32,000 nucleotides of DNA from Promethearchaeum syntrophicum (GTDB lineage: Archaea > Asgardarchaeota > Lokiarchaeia > Sigyniarchaeales > Promethearchaeaceae): NCBI RefSeq assembly GCF_008000775.2, contig NZ_CP042905.2, positions 4,020,001-4,052,000 of the forward strand, in the 5' to 3' direction. How positions within the stretch are numbered: position 1 is the first letter of the stretch; each line of letters begins with the position of its first letter. The notes beneath the pieces are model-generated. The model saw only the letters and a program-made list of their open reading frames with translations. It searched no databases and was not told the origin of the DNA. Both the position numbers and the translations under genes were made by a program. Shown here in pieces: positions 9,445-15,608 of the stretch.

Positions 9445-10704
9445 TTAGTCTCCTCCTTTTGTGAAACCTAATTGTTCAAGTTTCAACCCAATGAAATCAG
9501 TGTGTGTAGCCATTTGCACATTTCTATCATCTTTTTCGGAAATAGCCTTTTTAACTCCACCGATTAAATCTTCCGGAGTAATATCTCTACCACCTAACCC
9601 AACAATAAATCCTCTAATAATTGGTCGGTGTTCAGCAGGATAAAGAGCTGCTTTAAGCTCATATGCAAGGATTCCTTCATGACCATAACCAATATCACGA
9701 TCAAATACAACCACAAGGTTCGCTTGACTGAAAGCTTCTCGTAAATGCTTAACAGGAAATGGTCTAAATAATTTCAAGCTGATTAACCCAATTTTTAACC
9801 CTTCTTCTCTTAATCGATCCACTACACCTCTTGATTCTGAAGCAACACTTGCGACTGCAAAAATAAGAATTTCAGCATCATCTGCTTTGTAGGCTTTATA
9901 AATTCCGTTTCCATAGGAGCGTCCAAATATCCGTGCAAAATCCTTGGCAGCCTCTTCAATTACCTCAAATGCATTCTCATGCGCTTTTTGCATGCTATAT
10001 CGAAATTCATAATAACCAGGCGTATTCCCTTCAGGTCGAATTGTTAAATCTGGGGGTGTTACTGGATTTAAACCAGGTCGAGTACCCATATTTGTTAAAT
10101 CGGTGTGAGGCTTTAAAGCGGGTAAAAATTCAGCTACTTTATCGTCATCCTCAATTTGAACAGGCATCATTGTATGTGATAGAATATATCCATCATATGA
10201 TACAAATGAAGGAAGATAGACTCGTGGATCTTCAGCAATCCTATAGGACATAAGAACTGTGTCGTAAATTTCTTGATTTGATTCTACAAATTGCTGCATG
10301 AACCCAACATCTCTAACGGAAAATGCATCTTGATGATCAGTCCAAACTGTCCATGGTGCCCCCAAACCCCTCATTGCTATACACATAACAACAGGTAGAC
10401 GAGATCCCGCGGCCCAACATAACAATTCAAACATATACGCAAGACCATTTGCACTTGATGCAGTAAAAACACGGCATCCTGTCGCGGAAGCGGCAATTAC
10501 TCCAGAAATAGCAGATTGCTCACTTTCTACACACACAAATTGGGTATTGAACTTTTTCATTTCTCCGGCTTCAACGAATTCTGATATTTTCTCAACAACA
10601 GGACTTTGTGGAGTAATAGGATAGGCGGCAACTACTTCAACACCTACACTTTTACAAGCGTAAGCAGCAGCATGATTTCCAGTGATAACTATTTTTTTGG
10701 GCAT
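9445..10704 (-). CDS. porA: 2-oxoacid:ferredoxin oxidoreductase, alpha subunit
   Basis: Typical N-terminus MPKKIVITGNHAAAYA. I place the start at ATG 10702-10704, 1 nt after the porD stop and preceded by GGAGGAA (reverse complement of 10711-10717). The ORF-track start at 10731 would overlap porD. Confidence 0.9.
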   Translation of the reverse strand: MPKKIVITGNHAAAYACKSVGVEVVAAYPITPQSPVVEKISEFVEAGEMKKFNTQFVCVESEQSAISGVIAASATGCRVFTASSANGLAYMFELLCWAAGSRLPVVMCIAMRGLGAPWTVWTDHQDAFSVRDVGFMQQFVESNQEIYDTVLMSYRIAEDPRVYLPSFVSYDGYILSHTMMPVQIEDDDKVAEFLPALKPHTDLTNMGTRPGLNPVTPPDLTIRPEGNTPGYYEFRYSMQKAHENAFEVIEEAAKDFARIFGRSYGNGIYKAYKADDAEILIFAVASVASESRGVVDRLREEGLKIGLISLKLFRPFPVKHLREAFSQANLVVVFDRDIGYGHEGILAYELKAALYPAEHRPIIRGFIVGLGGRDITPEDLIGGVKKAISEKDDRNVQMATHTDFIGLKLEQLGFTKGGD

Positions 10705-10705
10705 T

Positions 10706-11056
10706 TTAATTTCCTCCTTCATCAGATTCACATGAGGGATTTTCTTTCTCAGGAATCATCTCGATAGCTTGAGCCGGACATTCATTAGCACACACTCCGC
10801 ACCCTTTGCAATAATCATAATCAAAAGTTGGTGGAATAGTTCTATTTACAGAAATTTCAGGGCAAAACATCCAGCATAAAAGACAAGATAGTTTTCCAGT
10901 TTTAACCATTATACATTTTTCATCATGCATTATCGGTTTCATAGTTCTCCAAGTTCCGGTTTTTCCAGCTTCACCAATGGCTGCTGTCTGTCTTGATGAT
11001 AAAATTGACTGAGCAACTTTTTTCTCAAATTTGATGTCTTCTTCAGTATGGGTCAA
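10706..11056 (-). CDS. porD: 2-oxoacid:ferredoxin oxidoreductase, delta (ferredoxin-like) subunit
   Basis: CKGCGVCANECP is a canonical 4Fe-4S motif. A second, interrupted motif is CIMVKTGKLSCLLCWMFCP. The likely start is TTG 11054-11056, 9 nt after GGAGG (reverse complement of 11066-11070). The ORF-track start at 11074 lies inside porG. Confidence 0.8.
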   Translation of the reverse strand: MTHTEEDIKFEKKVAQSILSSRQTAAIGEAGKTGTWRTMKPIMHDEKCIMVKTGKLSCLLCWMFCPEISVNRTIPPTFDYDYCKGCGVCANECPAQAIEMIPEKENPSCESDEGGN

Positions 11057-11057
11057 T

Positions 11058-11645
11058 TTATTTAACCTCCTCAACTAATGCCTGTTCTGCAGCCATATTT
11101 GCTGCTTTTACATTTAAATCGGTTTTCGTACTTTTTCCAAACTTATTTTCAATAGCATTCTTCGCGTCGTCTAAGGTAATTTTTATAGAAGATTTTGCAA
11201 TTACACCAAGAACCGAAGTATTGACAATAGGTTGGTTTTCTCTGTTTAATAATTTCAAATCAAATGCTATTTGAGTTAAATCTGCAGTAACAATAGTTAT
11301 TTTTCGATCACCAAAATCATACATGTTCCGCACATCTTCAGGACATTTCCATGTATTTAGAATTAAAGCTCCTCCTGTTTTAATTCTATCAATAACATGA
11401 TTTCCAAATACCGTTTCATCCAGCACTATTACATAATCCGCTTGTTGTATCTGAGCTCTTGTCCAAATTGGTTCATCAGAAATTCGACAAAAAGCCATAA
11501 CGGGAGCACCTCTTCTTTCGGTTCCAAAGGAAGGAAAAGCAGAGACTTCTGGGTAATTATTGCTTAAAATTGCAGCTTCCGCCAAAATCTTTCCAGCAGT
11601 TACTGCACCCATTCCCCCGCGCCCATAAATAATAATTTCAATCAT
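11058..11645 (-). CDS. porG: 2-oxoacid:ferredoxin oxidoreductase, gamma subunit
   Basis: MIEIIIYGRGGMGAVTAGKILAEAA...FGTERRGAPV is the typical gamma-subunit N-terminus. The start is taken at ATG 11643-11645; the ORF-track GTG at 11672 adds 9 unconserved residues. Confidence 0.8.
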   Translation of the reverse strand: MIEIIIYGRGGMGAVTAGKILAEAAILSNNYPEVSAFPSFGTERRGAPVMAFCRISDEPIWTRAQIQQADYVIVLDETVFGNHVIDRIKTGGALILNTWKCPEDVRNMYDFGDRKITIVTADLTQIAFDLKLLNRENQPIVNTSVLGVIAKSSIKITLDDAKNAIENKFGKSTKTDLNVKAANMAAEQALVEEVK

Positions 11646-12034
11646 TTGAGTCACATGAAATGCATCTAACACATTAAAATATATTAAATATATTATCGTT
11701 TCAAATAAAAACTTTCAAATTGGGAAAATCAAGGGAAAAAGAAGAAAAATTTGTTTTTTTTAGGTCAACATTGAAAATTTAGGATTTTCTTGTTTTTTTA
11801 ATCAAACTTTTCAAATTTATGCTTTTCTTGTTTTTTGATTTTAGTTTTTTGATTTTATTTCACGGAACTTTTACAATTATTTCACAAATATTTAAAAAGT
11901 TCATGAGATTAATTTTCTTTGGCGTAAAATATTAAGGAAATATGATATACTCTACTTTTTACAAAAGAGATTTCATAACTACAAAATTGAAATCGCCTAA
12001 TTAACCCTAATAATCCTATTAGGAGTAGTTTAAA

Positions 12035-12940
12035 ATGCACCACGCAAAAAAATATGATGACTTCGATGATTCAGATGAACCTTGCTGCCAAAATCCAGAT
12101 ATTATAGTCAATGAGGATGGAACCCGCGTTTGCGCCAATTGTGGGTTAACTTTTGGTCAAGCATTTGTAGATTCTGAACGAAGGGCATACACAACTGAAG
12201 AGGTTGCTTCTCGTCGCCGAACGGAACCAAAATGGAGATCTTTTGGGCCTCGTACGGTTATTACAGGCGTTCAAACGGATGCGAGAGGCCATCATCTTGA
12301 GGCTAAGCAACAGGCACTATTTTCACGTTTATCTAAAATTCAAGGTTCGTTGGTATCATCTTTAGAAAGAAATTTCTGGGAAGCAAAACCCAAACTTAAC
12401 GGTCTCTCACTGAAGTTATCTATTCCTTCACAAATCACAGAGACTGCTTGGAAAATTTATACCGAAGTAGCAAAGCAAAAACTTACCATGGGGCGTTCTA
12501 TTGATGGGTTTGTAACCGCCTCACTTTATGCAGCAATTAGAATTCATGAATTTCCTCGTTTATTAGAAGAGATAACCGAAGTGGCGATGATCCCATTACG
12601 AAGTGTTCACCGTTCCCTTGGGTTAATTGTTAGAATGGTATTTCCTGTGTTAAAAATGAAGTATAAACCGGTTACCACGCGATCACTGGTATTCCGATTT
12701 GGAAATGAATTAAAGTTATCTATGGGCGTTCAAACTGAAGCGGCCAATATGCTAACTAAATCAAGGAAGAATGGTTTAAAATCAATGGGTAAAGATCCTA
12801 AAGGTTTAGCTGCTGCTGCGCTCTATATGAGCTGCAAAAACAGCCAAGAAAAAAGAACCCAAGCCGCAATTGCCGATGTAGCCAGAATTACAGAAGTCAC
12901 ACTTCGTACTCGTGTGAAACAGATTAAAAGTTTTCTATAG
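12035..12940 (+). CDS. tfb: Transcription initiation factor B (TFIIB-like), paralogue 1
   Basis: N-terminal ribbon CC-x14-CANCG, then two cyclin-like repeats (SLYAAIRIHEFPRLLEEI and GKDPKGLAAAALYMSC...EKRTQAAIADVARITEVTLRTRVKQI). AGGAG lies 9 nt upstream of the ATG. Confidence 0.85.
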   Translation: MHHAKKYDDFDDSDEPCCQNPDIIVNEDGTRVCANCGLTFGQAFVDSERRAYTTEEVASRRRTEPKWRSFGPRTVITGVQTDARGHHLEAKQQALFSRLSKIQGSLVSSLERNFWEAKPKLNGLSLKLSIPSQITETAWKIYTEVAKQKLTMGRSIDGFVTASLYAAIRIHEFPRLLEEITEVAMIPLRSVHRSLGLIVRMVFPVLKMKYKPVTTRSLVFRFGNELKLSMGVQTEAANMLTKSRKNGLKSMGKDPKGLAAAALYMSCKNSQEKRTQAAIADVARITEVTLRTRVKQIKSFL

Positions 12941-13112
12941 AAAAATTCGCAATTTGTGTTCTAATAGTTTTTCTTATTTTTTCCAACCAATTTATTTGAT
13001 TTTCCACAAGCACTAGTCGTTTTTCGAGCTCTTCTTTAGTTGGGGCGGGAGATTTAGAGAAAATTAATGATTCTTTAACTTCAGATTTTTTGTAATCAAG
13101 AAAATGCGCCAT
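12924..13112 (-). CDS. Hypothetical small coiled-coil protein (62 aa)
   Basis: ORF only. A heptad-like segment TKEELEKRLVLVENQINWLEKIRKTIRTQI is present. No SD was seen, and it overlaps the tfb 3' end antisense by 17 nt. Confidence 0.25.
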   Translation of the reverse strand: MAHFLDYKKSEVKESLIFSKSPAPTKEELEKRLVLVENQINWLEKIRKTIRTQIANFSIENF

Positions 13113-13166
13113 GAGAAATTCCAGTAGTAGGATTGATAAATTATATTTGTCGAAGAAATTAAACGA

Positions 13167-14207
13167 TTAACTTATTTTATTTAAAGACCAAGCAAAGTAA
13201 CCGATCCCAGCCAAAACTGTTATTGCAATAATATAAAACCGTCCATTGAAATTCCAGTTTTCTCGGAGAACAGATGAAACTGAGTTGAATTTGAACTCCA
13301 AAAATGTGTTTCCGAGAAAAAATGGGCCTAATCCACAATAGAGCTCTACTGGGATGGATTCCGTGGTAAAGGTGCTCGATCCAGACAGCGTTCCCTCGTA
13401 ATCAAACTCATAGAACTCTTCTTCATTAAATTCCCCTGAAAAAGTCTCATTTTCGTGGTATCCTAAACGGGCAATTGCCTCATATCCGAGAGAAAATAAG
13501 GATCCTTTCATCGCTAGACTTCCTTTATGAATGCTCACATGGCTAGTGTAAGTAATTGATCCGTCAGGGTAGGTTTTGAACGTGGAATTTAACTGATTCT
13601 GGTTAAAAGTAATATAAATATTTCCCTCGATGTCATCTAAATTCGACACAATAATCTCCTTCTCTTTAGTGAATAGAGATTTACATCTCCCAATGGCAAC
13701 GCCTTCGGCAAGATTCGTTGTAAAGACTACTAGCTTTAAATTGTCCAATTTTTGTGATGTTGAAATAGTTTTCTGAATTGTATATTCACTCCCATTTGAT
13801 TCCAGTAGTGAGCTGTTCAAGTACTCGAACCAAAAATAGAAATTTAAATCATAGTTGCCCTTGAAAGCAATTGAAGTTAAGGTTTGGTTAAAAAAAATAT
13901 CTGAATAGTAGAAATCGGATATTGATTCCAACACACGGAATGAAAGAGTAAAAATATAATCAAACCCGATATTATGTCGCTCTTCCTTAACTGTATAGTT
14001 AATTTCAAACTCAGAGTTTGAAGTCGGTTGGATTGTTGCTGTTTTGTCAACTTGAATTAAGCCTAAAAAAGGCCCTTCATTCTGATTCAGCAAGAAGGGA
14101 GAGAAGATGAATATGCAGCTAATAGTAATTAACAAAGCAAGGATTATCATCCCTCGTTTTCCATTAGGTCCAATATTAATCTGCATTTTTGTGTTCAAGT
14201 TTACCAC
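13167..14207 (-). CDS. Membrane-anchored secreted protein, putative surface glycoprotein (unknown family)
   Basis: N-terminal hydrophobic anchor/signal (MIILALLITISCIFIFSPFLL) and C-terminal TM (FYIIAITVLAGIGYFAW). The intervening domain has six N-x-S/T sequons. GTG 14207 sits 23 nt from a TATA element, consistent with a leaderless mRNA. An alternative ATG is at 14186. Confidence 0.6.
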   Translation of the reverse strand: MVNLNTKMQINIGPNGKRGMIILALLITISCIFIFSPFLLNQNEGPFLGLIQVDKTATIQPTSNSEFEINYTVKEERHNIGFDYIFTLSFRVLESISDFYYSDIFFNQTLTSIAFKGNYDLNFYFWFEYLNSSLLESNGSEYTIQKTISTSQKLDNLKLVVFTTNLAEGVAIGRCKSLFTKEKEIIVSNLDDIEGNIYITFNQNQLNSTFKTYPDGSITYTSHVSIHKGSLAMKGSLFSLGYEAIARLGYHENETFSGEFNEEEFYEFDYEGTLSGSSTFTTESIPVELYCGLGPFFLGNTFLEFKFNSVSSVLRENWNFNGRFYIIAITVLAGIGYFAWSLNKIS

Positions 14208-14230
14208 TTATGTATTTCCATGTTGATTTA

Positions 14231-14240
14231 TTTATATAAA
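14231..14240. promoter_or_regulatory. Perfectly palindromic TATA element TTTATATAAA
   Basis: Its reverse complement is identical. It lies 23 nt upstream of the minus-strand start at 14207. In the plus direction it would place a TSS near 14262, about 11 nt before the 5' arm of the long-range helix. A second TATA-like CTTATATAG is at 14253-14261. Confidence 0.4.
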
Positions 14241-14261
14241 TTCTTGGTTCACCTTATATAG

Positions 14262-14501
14262 ATTTCAGTGCCTTCGACTCGATTTCAATAACCTCATATT
14301 GCATCCCGACACGCATATATGATTAAAACTTAAGTATCTCCTTGTAATAAGCGATTGCGATTGAAAAAGGGAAAAAAAGAAAATAGAAGTAAGAGTCGGG
14401 TGATTATATATCGTTGACGGATTCTGACGGAGTCTTGTGAGCATTCCTACCAGAATCGAGTCGAATGACCATGTTCACTAACCCATAGGGACAATTTTTT
14501 T
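14262..14501 (+). ncRNA. Candidate novel structured non-coding RNA (ends and strand are inferred)
   Basis: TTCGACTCGATT (14273-14284) is the exact reverse complement of AATCGAGTCGAA (14454-14465). A nested pair CCCGAC (14305-14310) / GTCGGG (14395-14400) lies inside. There is no T run of 4 or more on the plus strand between 14262 and 14494, then T7 at 14495-14501. No ORF is present, and no match to tRNA, RNase P, SRP or C/D-box signatures was seen by eye. Confidence 0.3.
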
Positions 14502-14703
14502 ACTTTCATCTATTTACTCATACACAATCATTTTTACTAACCCATTGTGAACTTTTTCCGACTAAATCGCACCACGTCAGCTTATTCTGACTTTTGACCG
14601 AGAGATAGTGACGAAGACAACTCAATCAATCAATTATGACTACAAATCGGTTAATAAGAGTAAACAAGCCATGCACAACCCATGACAATGAGCTTTAAGG
14701 ACG

Positions 14704-14744
14704 CCCTCGAGATGGGGGACCAGTCCCCATCGGTTTCGGGAGGG
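14704..14744. other. GC-rich extended hairpin (14 bp in three stacked segments)
   Basis: CCCT/AGGG (14704-07 / 14741-44), CGA/TCG (14708-10 / 14736-38) and GATGGGG/CCCCATC (14711-17 / 14725-31), with a 7-nt loop. The surrounding 60 nt is 60% GC by hand count. Confidence 0.5.
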
Positions 14745-14805
14745 TTATAATGGAGGGAAGGTAGAAGAAGTACTCTAGAGGAAGAGGAGGAGAGGGTTAA
14801 AGAAG

Positions 14806-14824
14806 AAAAAAGGGATTTTTTCCC
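14806..14824 (-). terminator. Short hairpin plus T6 immediately after the MBL gene stop
   Basis: The minus strand reads GGGA-AAAAA-TCCC followed by TTTTTT, starting at the base after the TGA (14825-14827). The stem is only 4 bp. Confidence 0.4.
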
Positions 14825-15556
14825 TCACTCAGTGATTCTGCCCCTACGGAGCAGATAACCACTGTGCGCGGTTCCAATGAGTTTAACTTTTTTTTCTTTA
14901 ATAATCTCCTTTAATTTCTCATTGGATTTTAATTGAGTTTCTGTATCCATATTTACCATCCGCATAAACGGAAGAATTTTTCCCGACTTTCTCAACCGAA
15001 AGGTATCTCCGGTAAATAAATAAGAATCATTGACAAGATACGCAGTATGACCCGGAGTATGACCCGGCGCGGGTATGGGTAGAATAGTAATTCCTTCAAT
15101 CGTTAACTGAGAATTCATTGTTAAATCAATCATATTTGGACGATCCAACTTTCCATATACTTTCAGAAACTTAAATCGCAAGGTTGAACCATCGGTCATT
15201 TGGCGTTCTTCAGGAGATATATATACGTTAGCATCGGGGAAATGACGTAAGCCTCCACTATGATCTGGGTCAATGTGAGTTAAGAAGATGTCCGAAACTT
15301 GATCTATTTGTAATCCTAATTGCTCAAATTGTGACTTCAAATTTCTTCCATATCCTGTATCAATAAGAATAATCGATTCTTTGTTACGGATAGCATAATA
15401 ATTCACTTGACCACCTGCCAAACAAAAAATTTCAAGCGTATTCTCTTTCAAAAGGATTTTTTGGGATCTAGCAGCCATCATAGTAGATAAAAAATTCCCA
15501 AATAAGATCAGAATGATGACTCCAACAATAATTAAAATATATCCAATGATGGGCAT
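14825..15556 (-). CDS. MBL-fold metallo-hydrolase with an N-terminal membrane anchor
   Basis: The N-terminal TM is PIIGYILIIVGVIILILFGNFL. Metallo-beta-lactamase motifs are LTHIDPDHSGG (H-x-D-x-D-H variant of HxHxDH), APGHTPGH, TGD and TAHSG. Confidence 0.85.
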   Translation of the reverse strand: MPIIGYILIIVGVIILILFGNFLSTMMAARSQKILLKENTLEIFCLAGGQVNYYAIRNKESIILIDTGYGRNLKSQFEQLGLQIDQVSDIFLTHIDPDHSGGLRHFPDANVYISPEERQMTDGSTLRFKFLKVYGKLDRPNMIDLTMNSQLTIEGITILPIPAPGHTPGHTAYLVNDSYLFTGDTFRLRKSGKILPFMRMVNMDTETQLKSNEKLKEIIKEKKVKLIGTAHSGYLLRRGRITE

Positions 15557-15578
15557 GTAAAATAATTGATTTGTTGGG

Positions 15579-15590
15579 TTTATAAAAATA
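15579..15590 (-). promoter_or_regulatory. TATA-like element (minus strand TATTTTTATAAA) upstream of the MBL gene
   Basis: It ends 22 nt upstream of the ATG at 15556, the same spacing seen at three other minus-strand genes in the window. A T6 run (putative tfb-2 terminator) lies just upstream. Confidence 0.3.
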
Positions 15591-15608
15591 TTGGGTGAAA
15601 AAAGTAGA

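Noticed and set aside
8886-10253. Plus-strand ORFs (8886-9191, 9461-9643, 9933-10253) inside porB/porA
   Set aside because: They are antisense to well-conserved POR subunits and have no independent signals.
14477-14545. TACTAAC within the ACTAACCCAT repeats equals the yeast intron branch-point consensus
   Set aside because: A 7-mer match in an AT-rich genome is expected by chance. There are no 5' or 3' splice-site-like contexts and no interrupted ORF to be spliced.
14208-14824. The island might be a replication origin, with inverted repeats flanking an AT-rich spacer
   Set aside because: There is no adjacent orc1/cdc6 gene and no ORB-like element (such as TCCA...GGAAA with a G-string). The repeats are too short and too few.
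14208-14824. Known ncRNA classes (tRNA, RNase P RNA, SRP RNA, C/D or H/ACA sRNA, group II intron domain V)
   Set aside because: No TTCRANY T-loop with a matching stem was found, and no GGAAAGUCC or ACAGAA P4 strands. There is no GGAA-tetraloop/AGCA helix-8 arrangement in the right order. I saw no RUGAUGA/CUGA pairs at proper spacing, no ACA tail and no domain V hairpin. This is only an eye check; covariance-model searches are still needed.
14626-14827. The frame after the MBL hydrolase TGA stop stays open for 66 more codons (possible read-through or Sec/Pyl-type recoding)
   Set aside because: The extension is low-complexity (SLFSSLTLSSSSS...) and reflects the pyrimidine-rich strand of the polypurine tract. 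No SECIS-like context was recognised. The canonical C-terminus plus terminator right after the TGA fits normal termination.
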